A stretch of 64,000 nucleotides of DNA from Limisphaerales bacterium (GCA_965657355.1 CBFHOE010000007.1:64001-128000), one strand, 5' to 3'; shown: positions 9,636 to 19,653, counted from the first letter of the stretch. The notes: generated by a model not told the origin, from the sequence alone. Program-made: numbers and translations.

Positions 9636-10772
9636 TTAGTATTTTCGTCCCACTCTCTCAGGGGCAACTGGTTTTCGATTCATTTGTAAGCGAAGCTCCT
9701 GGTTTTTATCATCGTCACCTGATTTGAAGATAAATTTCTCACGAGAGTTCTTCATCACTTTGGCCAAATTCTGAAGGTAAACTCTGTCGATGAATAAATC
9801 TGGATTCTTCTGGAATTTAGGATAAAGGAGCTCAAATTGGGTGGCCTCAGATTTCACTCCCTCAACCATCCTTAGCTTAGCGGCATTAGCTGCTGATACA
9901 ATTGATGCGGCCTCACCCTTTGCCTGTGCGGTTGTTTTCTTGGCATACCCCGTAGCCTCGCTAATCATTTTGCTTCGGTCTTGCGATTTATTCAAAGTGG
10001 CTTGGAACTTCTCACGCAATATAAGCGGAGCGTGCGTTTCAAGAACGATCTGTTCGAGACTGATACCAATGTCATATTCGTCAATGCGCTTTTGCACAAA
10101 ACTTGCAATTGTTTCCTTCAAAGCATTTCTGTCTGTTCTTAGGGCTTGTCCCACGTCGTACCTCAGCGACGCGTGGTATGTTGCCCCATCAAGAATGTTT
10201 TGAACGAGGTTGGTCGAACTGGAGAATCCAAATGCAAATTGTTCAGCGTCAACCACCCTATACCTCATAATAGCCTTTAGATGGATAAGGTTACCGTCTT
10301 TAGTAATGGTGTAGCCATCTCTTCCAGGAATCAAAGAAGGTTCACCGGTGGGTATGTATGTTCCAGCGACGTAGCTTGTCTTTTCGACCTCAGTCATGAA
10401 CCACCAACCAGTTGAAGACTCAACTGTTTGCAACTCACTCAATTTGATTGTCACGATATCGTCAATTGGAAAAGGGAATCTCCAATGCAACCCAGGCTCC
10501 AAGAGTATGGATTCGCCTTTGACTACGGGTTTGCCGAATCGCAGGACAACTGCTGTTTCCTGAACTGGAACGACAAAAAATAGAGACCTTAATAAAAATA
10601 AAACTAATATTACCAATACTCCTTTGACGATCCATTCGGTGGATTTTAAAGAAGCAGCGAGCGCTTGGGATTCAGCATCTTCCTGCGCTTTTCCTTCATC
10701 GTTTATTTCCTGATTGAGGCGTTTCTCAGCTGCCTTTTTAAGCAAATCATCTATGTTGTTGTCTTTTGACAT
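9636..10772 (-). CDS. HflK-like SPFH/Band 7 protein
   Basis: One TM helix then 'AVVLRFGK...PGLHWRFPFPID'; coiled coil 'EATGYAKKTTAQAKGEAASIV'; 'PDLFIDRVYLQ'. Confidence 0.88.
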   Translation of the reverse strand: MSKDNNIDDLLKKAAEKRLNQEINDEGKAQEDAESQALAASLKSTEWIVKGVLVILVLFLLRSLFFVVPVQETAVVLRFGKPVVKGESILLEPGLHWRFPFPIDDIVTIKLSELQTVESSTGWWFMTEVEKTSYVAGTYIPTGEPSLIPGRDGYTITKDGNLIHLKAIMRYRVVDAEQFAFGFSSSTNLVQNILDGATYHASLRYDVGQALRTDRNALKETIASFVQKRIDEYDIGISLEQIVLETHAPLILREKFQATLNKSQDRSKMISEATGYAKKTTAQAKGEAASIVSAANAAKLRMVEGVKSEATQFELLYPKFQKNPDLFIDRVYLQNLAKVMKNSREKFIFKSGDDDKNQELRLQMNRKPVAPERVGRKY

Positions 10773-10790
10773 AAGAGTCGGTCCTTTCTC

Positions 10791-11729
10791 TTATTTATTA
10801 TTAGATGATGTATTCTTTAACGCCTCTTGGGATGCTGAAACTCGAGATGAGTCCAGCATATCAAATGGTGGTGTGTTCGGGTCCAAAACCAATGTGGACT
10901 GGTCACCCAAAGAATCTACCATAGCCTGGATACTCAAGAGGAACTTAGCCAACTCTGGTTTTTTTTCAAATACAGCATAATATTCCGCTGCTTCTGCTTC
11001 TCCTTCGCTGATGATTTTCTTTGCAGTGGCTTCGGCCTGCGCTCGAAGAATTCCAGCTTCCTTATCAGCTTCGGATCTGATTTTTGTGGCTTCTTCCTGC
11101 CCTTCCCCTTCGAGTTGGTCGATGGTCTTCTGTTGATCTGCTTCCATTCTAGATATCACTTTTTCAGAAATAGACTGAGGCACACCAAGTCTTCGGATAC
11201 CCAGGAACTCAAACTTAACACCATATTTTTCCTCGGTGTATTTACGAACTTCATCTAGAATTTTTTTCTCGACCTCTTCTAATTTTAGTTTGGATTCGTC
11301 GGTAGAAATTAAATCTGCGAAACGGTACTGACCGATAATGTTTCTTTTGCTTGTCCTGACCTGATCTTTGAGTTGTCTTTCAGCTTCCTGGATACTTGCG
11401 TCTGGAAATTTTGGCAGGAATACTTCAGGTTTGTCGATCCTCCAACCAGCATAAACTTCAACCAAAAGATTGAATCGGTCACTAGTCAATGTTTCATCAA
11501 ATTTGTCCTCCAAGTTCTGTATACGCTTGTCAAAGCGATAAATTTTTTGAACGGGCCAAGGCCATTTTAAGTAAGCACCAGGTTTCACTATGGCTTTATT
11601 GGAAGGGGCACCAAACGTTGTCTTGATAGCCACTTCAGTGTTGCTGACTTGAAACACGAAAAGTACGGAACCAAAAAGCACAAGCAATATAATTCCAATA
11701 GCAATTGTTATTGATTTGTTATTTTTCAT
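10791..11729 (-). CDS. HflC-like SPFH protein
   Basis: 'PGAYLKWPWPVQKIYRFDKRIQ', 'SRMEADQ...EGEGQEEATKIRSEADKE...AEAAEYY'. Confidence 0.9.
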   Translation of the reverse strand: MKNNKSITIAIGIILLVLFGSVLFVFQVSNTEVAIKTTFGAPSNKAIVKPGAYLKWPWPVQKIYRFDKRIQNLEDKFDETLTSDRFNLLVEVYAGWRIDKPEVFLPKFPDASIQEAERQLKDQVRTSKRNIIGQYRFADLISTDESKLKLEEVEKKILDEVRKYTEEKYGVKFEFLGIRRLGVPQSISEKVISRMEADQQKTIDQLEGEGQEEATKIRSEADKEAGILRAQAEATAKKIISEGEAEAAEYYAVFEKKPELAKFLLSIQAMVDSLGDQSTLVLDPNTPPFDMLDSSRVSASQEALKNTSSNNK

Positions 11730-11784
11730 AAATTTTTAAGTATTTTTTGTTGGCTATTAATTATTAGACCTCAATCTTGAATAA

Positions 11785-13689
11785 TTACTCCATGACTTGT
11801 TCATCCACTTCATCAATGACCACGTCTTCGAGATCAGGTCTGAGTTTGTCCTCAAGATTCAGTTCGAATACCTCTGAGTCACTACCTACGCCAATGAGAT
11901 AAATTCTGGCATTAGCAGCCACAGATGAAAGAGCTTGTAAGTATGTTCGGTTGGTGTAAACCATGTTGGATGCTTCGTAAGCCTGAAGCTGATTTAGAAA
12001 TTCTGTAGAGGTTCCTTCAGCGTTCGAAACAGCTTTTGATTTGAAGAGTTCAGCCATATTGATCGCCTGAGCAGATGCCGCTCTTGCTGTTGGTATTTCC
12101 TTTAAACTGTATCCCTCTGCCTCGAATTTTTTGGTCTCTTTTGAAATTCGGGCACCGTATACGTCTTGAAATTTTTTGGCGGCTTTGATGGAGGGATGTA
12201 TATCTTGTAAGCCAACGAATATAATTGAGACCCCCATTTTTAGGTTATCTGCTTTTTCCTGTATTCTTCCCTTGAGAATCTCAGAGGCCTGCCCTAGCCC
12301 GACCGACATGACATCAAAAAAGTCCGTACTCAACATGTATCTTGTTGTTTCTTGATAAGCAATTGATTCTAAAAGTGTCGCGGCATTTTCATGCTCATAA
12401 ACCCATTCTTTTAGATCTTTAATCTTATACTGGATTGGTATGCTAACCACCATGAGGTTTACTGGCGGGACCTCTTTTTGATTGAGCGATTGGTTAAATT
12501 CGAGATCAGCGTTCTTATCAGCTACGAGCATTTCAGCAGGTTTTTCTCCCATCTCCGTCGTATGTGAGGTGGTCCATAATACTGCTGGGTTCTCTTGATC
12601 TACATCTTGTATAGGGCGATAGCCAACATAGAAGTTTTGAACCTGTTCGGTTTGATACCTATTTATAGTCTCAATGGGCCAAGGCCATTTAAAATGAAGG
12701 CCCGGGTTGAGTATGCCCTCATTCTTTGCAATGGGCTTGCCCAATCTCACGATTAGGGCTTTCTCCGTGGGCTCAATAATAACAAAACTGGTAGAAATAA
12801 GAAGGAGTGCAAGTTGAGCAACAATCACCCAACCAATAATCCTCTTAAGCAGTTTGTACATCCATGTCTGGCTGACTTTGAAGCCGAACTGGTAATCTAA
12901 TGCTTGGGCTGCTTGAGTGAATACACTTTCAGGGCGACTAAATAATTCGATAAACCTACTTTGGTAAATGACTCTTTGTTCACCAGAAGCAGATTTAGGC
13001 CTATATATTTCGAGAATTAAAGTAACCAGGTTTTCAGCGGCGAGGAGCCCGAGAAGAATAATTAAAATCTTGTTGAGATAGAGGTCGATTTTTGGAAATT
13101 CCATTTCGTATCCGGCATAGGAAATAGCAGTGGCCCCCATGAGATACGCCCCAAAAAGAATATGGTTTGCGACAGGTTTGAGTAATCGGCTTTTCTGAAA
13201 TTTGGCAAAGTTTGCGATGTAGTTGCCAACTAAGAAAACACCGACCCCAGTTACAGAAAAAAGAGCAGTAAAAACGGAGGCTCTCGGAGGGTCGGCCTGG
13301 AGTTCACCGGAAAAAACTTTCCAGAGCCATGCTGTTGCGGCTATTTCCGCGAGAGTTAAAAATATTGTAAAACCAGGGACAAAATATTTTTCAAATTGTC
13401 TCCGGCTTTGCTTAACGGTCAGAACATCAGATTCATCAGCATCAAATAGGCTGGACTGGGTGGACTTTTTAGTGAGTTCCTCGTATTCGAGAAGCTCTTC
13501 CTCTTCTTTTTGCTCAAGCCTGATTTGAAAATAAGCAACAGCACTTACTAAGAGGCCGACGACAAAAAAAGCGAGGGTCAGCTTCGCAGCTAAACCAACA
13601 TTTAAGAAAGCAAGTACTCCTACAAGAATAGTGGACACGAGAAGTGTCAAAAACCCTGTCAGACCAATCTTTTGAATTTGTGGATTCAT
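11785..13689 (-). CDS. Polytopic membrane protein fused to an HflK-like SPFH domain
   Basis: About 280-aa multi-TM N-terminus, then 'PGLHFKWPWPIE...VGLQDIHP...FEAEGY'. Confidence 0.85.
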   Translation of the reverse strand: MNPQIQKIGLTGFLTLLVSTILVGVLAFLNVGLAAKLTLAFFVVGLLVSAVAYFQIRLEQKEEEELLEYEELTKKSTQSSLFDADESDVLTVKQSRRQFEKYFVPGFTIFLTLAEIAATAWLWKVFSGELQADPPRASVFTALFSVTGVGVFLVGNYIANFAKFQKSRLLKPVANHILFGAYLMGATAISYAGYEMEFPKIDLYLNKILIILLGLLAAENLVTLILEIYRPKSASGEQRVIYQSRFIELFSRPESVFTQAAQALDYQFGFKVSQTWMYKLLKRIIGWVIVAQLALLLISTSFVIIEPTEKALIVRLGKPIAKNEGILNPGLHFKWPWPIETINRYQTEQVQNFYVGYRPIQDVDQENPAVLWTTSHTTEMGEKPAEMLVADKNADLEFNQSLNQKEVPPVNLMVVSIPIQYKIKDLKEWVYEHENAATLLESIAYQETTRYMLSTDFFDVMSVGLGQASEILKGRIQEKADNLKMGVSIIFVGLQDIHPSIKAAKKFQDVYGARISKETKKFEAEGYSLKEIPTARAASAQAINMAELFKSKAVSNAEGTSTEFLNQLQAYEASNMVYTNRTYLQALSSVAANARIYLIGVGSDSEVFELNLEDKLRPDLEDVVIDEVDEQVME

Positions 13690-13706
13690 TATCTAAACTC
13701 TGTATT

Positions 13707-14660
13707 TTAATGGAGTTCCCGATCGTTAAAGACCAGCACCGAAACTCCTATCATGGCCGCCAAGTATGAGATCACATAAATGAAGGCATTTAAAATATAA
13801 CTTAAAGGAACATTCTTATGTGGCTCCAATGTGTCCGCCAACCAAAGCAATTGCCAATTTGGTAAGATAGTATAAAAAAACTTTCCCCAAATAGTATCTT
13901 GCCGCTGACCAAATAAATAATCTGACATCAGGCCTACTAAAAAAAACAGCGAAACGATTGCCAAGCTCGGCACTAATTCTAGACGAGCTGAGCAAACAAC
14001 TGCAATCGCAGCAAGCATCCATAGAGCGAATGTCAGTAGCAGCACTAGTCGACAAAGCCTCCAATCAATATCAGTCCCGAAAGATTGAAGTTTACCATCC
14101 TTGTCGATGAAATTGATGATCACGAAAGCACAAAGAATAAAAAACAATAAGGAGAACACCCCGTCTAAAATGAAATGGCGACCAAGGAAATAGTTGGTAA
14201 ATCCAGCCACCCCAAAGGATAATATTATCGAGGAATAGAATATGATGATCGGCCTAACCTCAGGTTCCCCGTAGACATCAAAAGCAAGACGGCTGACAAG
14301 GAGTAATGGGATTAGGTTAGCAAATGCGGCCAAAGTGACGGCGGCAGCAACTCCGAAAAATTTTGATATTACGAATTGGTGGCGACTGACAGGCTTCGAG
14401 AGAACCGCGAGGGCCGTCCCCGTTTTAATTTCCAGACTGACGGTGTTTGAGGCGCCGAAAACAGCACAAAACAACCCAGATAAGAAGACAACTGCCAAAG
14501 CATTCTCTTTGACCATTATGGGATCATCACCAAATCCAAAATAGTAGATATTTGACAAAAAGAAAATGAAGACGACCGACACAGTCATCAATATGAGGTA
14601 GATCGGCTGACGAACTAACTCAAAAAAGGCATTGTATGCTATTTTCCAACTTCGGCTCAT
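13707..14660 (-). CDS. ABC-2 type exporter permease (PilI-like)
   Basis: 'KIAYNAFFELVRQP', 'EIKTGTALAVLSKPVSRHQFVISKFFG', C-terminal 'VFNDREL'. Confidence 0.85.
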   Translation of the reverse strand: MSRSWKIAYNAFFELVRQPIYLILMTVSVVFIFFLSNIYYFGFGDDPIMVKENALAVVFLSGLFCAVFGASNTVSLEIKTGTALAVLSKPVSRHQFVISKFFGVAAAVTLAAFANLIPLLLVSRLAFDVYGEPEVRPIIIFYSSIILSFGVAGFTNYFLGRHFILDGVFSLLFFILCAFVIINFIDKDGKLQSFGTDIDWRLCRLVLLLTFALWMLAAIAVVCSARLELVPSLAIVSLFFLVGLMSDYLFGQRQDTIWGKFFYTILPNWQLLWLADTLEPHKNVPLSYILNAFIYVISYLAAMIGVSVLVFNDRELH

Positions 14661-14918
14661 TCTGAGATTTTAATTCAAGGAACTAACAACATTGCGTCGA
14701 CCCGTAACCTTGGGAAAAGACCAATTATCGCGATTATACGGCGGATTTTCCAAAACAATTTGTTCAAAACATAAATAAAGTTGATATCAAACATCTAATT
14801 TCAAGACAAAAATCGACGAAAACACCACAGACTGACGCAAGTGCCGACGCAATCTGGTGCCTGTAAAATAAAAATATCGGTTAATGATGAAAAATAGACA
14901 ATGAAATAAGAGATTCAA

Positions 14919-14936
14919 TGGGCGTCTGAACGCCCA
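14919..14936 (-). terminator. Hairpin, probable terminator of the DUF3299 gene
   Basis: TGGGCGT-CTGA-ACGCCCA perfect 7-bp stem about 25 bp after the stop at 14960; T-rich but imperfect tail on the minus strand. Confidence 0.45.
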
Positions 14937-14959
14937 GAAGCTCCTGTTTTATATGGGTT

Positions 14960-15856
14960 TTAGAACTCTTTGAGGTTGCCGGGCCCCACCATTTTATTAC
15001 CCTCCATCTCGTAAATTCCCACTAAATATCCATTTTCTCTAATTTCGCCGACTTTAAGCTCCCCAAAAAAGGTAACGGCTTGGTCATTTATGGGTTTGAA
15101 ACCTTTACCGTCTTTCTCAGTCTTAATTGATATCCATTCATTTATCTCGGGAACCGTGCCAAAGCAGCACATAGATTGATCCCGCATGAGGAGCAGTTCG
15201 GTAACAAGCCCTTTTTCAACCTTGAGAGGGAGCATAAATCCAGTCACGGCAACTTTCTCGCCATTCAGTTTTTTAATGTTATCTGGAATTGTAGGAACTT
15301 TTTCAGGGACTTCGGCCCCCTCCTCTATGAACATAAATTCATCTGGGATTTCGTAATTAAATGACGCAAGCCTGTTAAAATTGACTGTGAGGTAATCTGG
15401 ATCGGTAGCCAATGGCTCCGGGTCTTTAAGAGAATTGCCTATTTGGTTCGTGCTAAGGGTCTGTGGCCTTTGGTTTTCAATTACCCCTGCTAACTCGGCA
15501 ACAGAAGTTTCTATGGTGTTTTTGGAAACTTCGTTAGTAGACGCAGGAGCAGGAAAAACTTTTTCTGATGTCTCGACAATTAATTCCGATGGTTTGCTTT
15601 CCGGAATTTGAACGAGCTCAGCAGCATTCGTATCAGGCTTTGAAGTTGCTGGGTTTTCTTTATCGGGATTTCGAGGTAATTGAGGCTGAACCGGATCTTT
15701 TAATTTTTGGATTTCAGAACCTTGGATATCCATGAAATCAGAAACCTCTTTCCCATTATTCTGATTTGAGAGGTCGCCGGAATTTTGATCGGCACAACCG
15801 CAAACCAGAAAAACAACGACAAAAGTCTTAAGCCACATGAATAAGTTTTGTTTCAT
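14960..15856 (-). CDS. DUF3299-domain lipoprotein (ZrgD-like)
   Basis: C-terminal 'LNGEKVAVTGFMLPL...ELLLMRDQSMCCFGTVPEINEWI...GELKVG...IYEM'. The ATG at 15856 gives a lipobox (LVCGC), so it is preferred over the ORF-track start at 16000. Confidence 0.8.
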   Translation of the reverse strand: MKQNLFMWLKTFVVVFLVCGCADQNSGDLSNQNNGKEVSDFMDIQGSEIQKLKDPVQPQLPRNPDKENPATSKPDTNAAELVQIPESKPSELIVETSEKVFPAPASTNEVSKNTIETSVAELAGVIENQRPQTLSTNQIGNSLKDPEPLATDPDYLTVNFNRLASFNYEIPDEFMFIEEGAEVPEKVPTIPDNIKKLNGEKVAVTGFMLPLKVEKGLVTELLLMRDQSMCCFGTVPEINEWISIKTEKDGKGFKPINDQAVTFFGELKVGEIRENGYLVGIYEMEGNKMVGPGNLKEF

Positions 15857-16250
15857 AAACTCTGCTATGAAGGTGTGAGAGAATTTGTAATAAATCAAGA
15901 AATTGTATGGAAAGACATTATTAAGGGATTCCCGCCAACCAAAAAAACATGCATTCTCAGCCCACTGAGCTGAAGCTTTTAGGCCCATCCACATGCCCAC
16001 CGTGGGGGGATAAATGATAAAAGGTCATTAATATTGCCAATGCCTCCAAAACTATCCAAGACTGTGATTTTCCATAGAAACTAAAGGTTGGAATAATGTA
16101 TTTTCAAAATCAGGATTCTCAGGAAACTATAAGACGAATTGCGATCCAATGTTCACTATTAATACAAATGACCCAAGGAAGCGATTACCTTGCCCCCCGG
16201 AGCTGGTATTAAACATGACGGGTTCCATTTAAGCAGTGAATTATTTCTCT

Positions 16251-16805
16251 TTAATCACATGCACAGTTTGTCTTCCTACATAAAAAAAAGTTTCTCGCAT
16301 GAGCACCGGCTAAAAGCAGCCCACCCAATACATTGATAAAGGTGCTTCCAGTGAGAATCTCTCCATTTTCCTTGGCTGCACAATGAGGACACGGAGCTGA
16401 AACAGGCCCTTCTGAATTGGATCCGGAGATTAAGGACGAGCCGGCTGGTGCAGCCACAGAATGGTTGAGTGTCTCTGATACAACCACTGAGACCAAAAAC
16501 AACAGTCCAAAGGCGCTAAGAATGGGGATAAACTTATCTTTATGCTGTTTGCATCCCATGAAAACGGCCACTGATGTCGTTGGAATAACAAAAAGCAACA
16601 TCCAAAAATGAAAGTTTTCGTCAACCCAGAACGTCGTTGTCAGAACCGGAAGAAATACGACAAGTATGGGGGTCACCAAACAATGCAAAGCGCACAACAT
16701 GGACATGAAAATTGCAAGTGAGTCTAGCCATTTGTGTTGGCGAGTATTGCAAATACTTTCCCTGATCATTTTACCATTGAACCCAGATAATTTAGGGTTC
16801 CTCAT
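16251..16805 (-). CDS. MerC-domain membrane protein
   Basis: 'LDSLAIFMSMLCALHCLVTP...ENFH...GCKQH...GGLLLAGAHARNF'; additional CPHC and CRKTNCACD cysteine motifs. Confidence 0.85.
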   Translation of the reverse strand: MRNPKLSGFNGKMIRESICNTRQHKWLDSLAIFMSMLCALHCLVTPILVVFLPVLTTTFWVDENFHFWMLLFVIPTTSVAVFMGCKQHKDKFIPILSAFGLLFLVSVVVSETLNHSVAAPAGSSLISGSNSEGPVSAPCPHCAAKENGEILTGSTFINVLGGLLLAGAHARNFFLCRKTNCACD

Positions 16806-16960
16806 TACTTAAGGCGTGAAATGTAAGATTCCTTAAACTAGAAAAGCAATTAAATTATCTAATTAAAATGCACGTAATCCTGCATCAGCCTGGAGGAATT
16901 TAACAGTTCATTGATTTCAGGATGAAAATAAATTCCCGCGATATTCAGGGATTTTGTAAA

Positions 16961-18169
16961 TCAGGTTGTGGGAAGGATGTTTTCGGCAACAGAACTTCTG
17001 TATGCCTTAAATGCTGGAAGTATCCCGGCAAGAATACTGGCAACTGTCATACAAATGGGGACCAGGATTAATGAAGAATGAAAGTACATGATAGAAAGAA
17101 CGATTCCCGTTTTTTCTCTTAAAATCTCACTGCCTATTTGCATCAGTATAGCATAAAAAAGAATTCCTACGAAAGATCCTGCGATTCCAATAAAACCACA
17201 TTCTGAGAGAATTTGAGTCACGACTTTTGATCTACTCGCCCCCAATGCCCTCATGATAGCGATGTCTCTTTTTCTTTCGTTCATCGAATTGTAAACGCTG
17301 GCCAAAACCGAACCAGAAGCAACAAGGCCTACCAGCATTGCAATACCTTGGAGAAGCCGATCAAACCATGAGATCTTATTAAATAATTCTGAGACTATTC
17401 TTGCTACAGGCCAAGCAAGTGTCAGCCGGTTTCCTTGCCTATTATATTTAAGATCGAGCATCTGCCCAACCGTTGGAGAAACAAGTTTCAAAAGAACACC
17501 GGAAATTTGTTCACTTGATTCAACTGAGTGCCCTTTCATATTTTGGACGCCAGTTATTGGTATCCAGACGGCTCTATCTGCTGGCGAATTTGTAGGCTCC
17601 ATAATGCCGGTGACAACATACTCTTCCGAGTGCTGATCTTTTGGATCAAATCGAAGTCCATGGTAGGGCCGAAAAGTACTTCCAACCTTTAACCCTTTGA
17701 CACTCTGAGCAACATAGGAACCTATGACTGCTTCCATTCGGTTTTCACTAAAAGCACGCCCACCTCTTTGTATTTTGAATCCCTCAAGTTTTGGTGCCTC
17801 GTAAGAGCTAAATATGTTTGTCGTTGTGCCAACAATGCGAAATCCGTAAAGATTATCACCTACAGCTATAGGAACAGCTTTTGCTACTCGTTTATCATTT
17901 TTGATGTCGAGATAATCTTGCCAATCGATATTTCCCGGTGATTGTTCCAAATGGTAAAGGCAATTAAGAACAAGCTGCAATTTTGATCCTCGGGCACCAA
18001 GCACAGCGTCATAGCCACTATTTGATTCGGCAAACACTTTTTGTGATTGAGACTGCAGTATCCATACAGTGAGCATAAGTCCTGTAGCGAGAGCGAGAGA
18101 AATAACAGTGACAAATGTTGAGACAGAATGCTGTCTAATACTCTTGAAAACGAGAAACGGAATATTCAT
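16961..18169 (-). CDS. MacB/FtsX-type ABC permease (ZrgC-like)
   Basis: 'DAVLGARGSKLQLVLNCLYHL', 'YHGL...QH', 'SMNERKRDIAIMRALGASR'. Confidence 0.88.
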   Translation of the reverse strand: MNIPFLVFKSIRQHSVSTFVTVISLALATGLMLTVWILQSQSQKVFAESNSGYDAVLGARGSKLQLVLNCLYHLEQSPGNIDWQDYLDIKNDKRVAKAVPIAVGDNLYGFRIVGTTTNIFSSYEAPKLEGFKIQRGGRAFSENRMEAVIGSYVAQSVKGLKVGSTFRPYHGLRFDPKDQHSEEYVVTGIMEPTNSPADRAVWIPITGVQNMKGHSVESSEQISGVLLKLVSPTVGQMLDLKYNRQGNRLTLAWPVARIVSELFNKISWFDRLLQGIAMLVGLVASGSVLASVYNSMNERKRDIAIMRALGASRSKVVTQILSECGFIGIAGSFVGILFYAILMQIGSEILREKTGIVLSIMYFHSSLILVPICMTVASILAGILPAFKAYRSSVAENILPTT

Positions 18170-18855
18170 TGTCGCTCCTTCTCCGATTTGGTTTTGACAA
18201 GATTGATGGCGGAAAGATCTAAACTCTGTGAAAACGATGACAGGATTCTTGGATCATGTGAAACCAATAAAAGTGCTGCACCTTCATCTCGACACTGATT
18301 ACGAATGATGCCAAGCGCATTTAGGGCAGAGTCTGGATCTAGGTTTCCAGTGGGCTCATCTGCTATAACAAGGGGCGGTTTATTCACAAGTGCTCTTGCA
18401 ACAGCAACCCGCTGCTGCTGTCCAGTACTCAAAGTGTTTGGCTTGTAGTGCAGGCGGTCGGCCAGGCCCACTCTATTCAGCAACTCCTTGCTTCGAACTT
18501 TATTTGTTCGCCCAGACAGGTATGAGCCCAAGCAAACATTCTCTAAAGCGCTAAACCCCTGCAGCAGGTTGAATGTTTGAAATATGTATCCAATATTTTT
18601 TGCCCTGAACTTATCCCTTTTTGACTCGGAAAGATCAAAAATTGAAGAGCCAGAAATTCTAATTTGACCACTATCTGGTTTTAGAATACCGGCAATGATA
18701 TTTAAGAGCGTTGTTTTACCCGACCCACTCAATCCTTTAATGGCTGTCTCCTGCCCTGGTTCGATTTCGAAATTTGGGATATCTAAGACCAATTTTACTC
18801 TTCCATCAGGATCCGTGAAAGATTTCTTAAGATTTCTGACAGAGAGCAGAGGCAT
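18166..18855 (-). CDS. MacB/LolD-type ABC ATP-binding protein (ZrgB-like)
   Basis: GLSGSGKT, LSTGQQQR, ADEPTGNLD; 4-bp overlap with the permease. Confidence 0.92.
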   Translation of the reverse strand: MPLLSVRNLKKSFTDPDGRVKLVLDIPNFEIEPGQETAIKGLSGSGKTTLLNIIAGILKPDSGQIRISGSSIFDLSESKRDKFRAKNIGYIFQTFNLLQGFSALENVCLGSYLSGRTNKVRSKELLNRVGLADRLHYKPNTLSTGQQQRVAVARALVNKPPLVIADEPTGNLDPDSALNALGIIRNQCRDEGAALLLVSHDPRILSSFSQSLDLSAINLVKTKSEKERQ

Positions 18856-18879
18856 GATGATCAGAATTTACCAGATTAA

Positions 18880-19650
18880 TTACCTGCAAATACCTCTTTC
18901 AGATTTTTCCAAAAAATCCACTAAATGGTCAATCTCGGGATTTTTTGGAAGATCGTTGCGCATGGAGTCCAAAGCCTTTTGAACAGTTAGATTGGACCTA
19001 AAAAGAATCTTATAAGCTTCTTTGAGAACATTTTGCGTTTCTGAGGAAATTTTCTTGCGCTCAATCCCTATTTTGTTGAGCCCCGCTGGAATAGGAGGAT
19101 TGCCATTTACTAAGGTGTAGGGGCAAACATCTTGCGAAATCCGGGAGCATCCCCCAACCATTGCCAAGGTTCCAATCCTGCAAAATTGATGAACACCGGT
19201 CATCCCGCCGAACACAGCAAAGTCTTCAACCACCACGTGCCCGGCAAGCCCCGTGCTATTTGACATGATGATATTATTTCCTATCTGGCAGTTGTGGGCA
19301 ACGTGGCAGTAGGCTAGTAAATTATTGTTCGAACCAACAGATGTGATTTCCCCCTCACCTGTTGCACTATGGATGGTGACTGACTCGCGGATAACATTGT
19401 TGTCCCCGATTTTCGTAAAGGTCTTACCACCTTGCCATTTAAGGTCTTGTGTCCTCAAACCAATACTCGCAAAGGGAAAAATTTCATTTCCTGAACCGAG
19501 TTCTGTATGTCCGTCTATGGCAACATGAGAATGAAGTTTGGTATTGGGCCCCATTTTTACATTTGAGCCAATGACACAGTAAGGGCCGATTTCGCAAGAG
19601 TCAGGTATCTCGGCACCTGATTGAATGATAGCGGTTGGATGAATCATCAT
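18880..19650 (-). CDS. lpxA: Acyl-ACP--UDP-N-acetylglucosamine O-acyltransferase
   Basis: IHPTAII, hexapeptide repeats, QDLK, HVAHNC, GVHQFCRIG, C-terminal SERGI. Confidence 0.97.
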   Translation of the reverse strand: MMIHPTAIIQSGAEIPDSCEIGPYCVIGSNVKMGPNTKLHSHVAIDGHTELGSGNEIFPFASIGLRTQDLKWQGGKTFTKIGDNNVIRESVTIHSATGEGEITSVGSNNNLLAYCHVAHNCQIGNNIIMSNSTGLAGHVVVEDFAVFGGMTGVHQFCRIGTLAMVGGCSRISQDVCPYTLVNGNPPIPAGLNKIGIERKKISSETQNVLKEAYKILFRSNLTVQKALDSMRNDLPKNPEIDHLVDFLEKSERGICR

Positions 19651-19653
19651 GCT

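Noticed and set aside
15857..16250. N-terminal extension of the DUF3299 ORF and a possible HupE/UreJ remnant (VGMWMG)
   Set aside because: The downstream ATG gives a clean lipoprotein signal, and the HupE resemblance covers too few residues to support.
16251..16805. Mercury resistance operon (MerC here plus the MerA-like gene at 49581)
   Set aside because: The genes are 33 kb apart, there is no merR/merT/merP, and the reductase lacks the C-terminal Cys pair.
16961..18855. LolCDE, suggested by proximity to lpxA
   Set aside because: Permease motifs (GARGS.LQLVL, His-containing loop) and the linked DUF3299 gene fit the Zrg-like family better.
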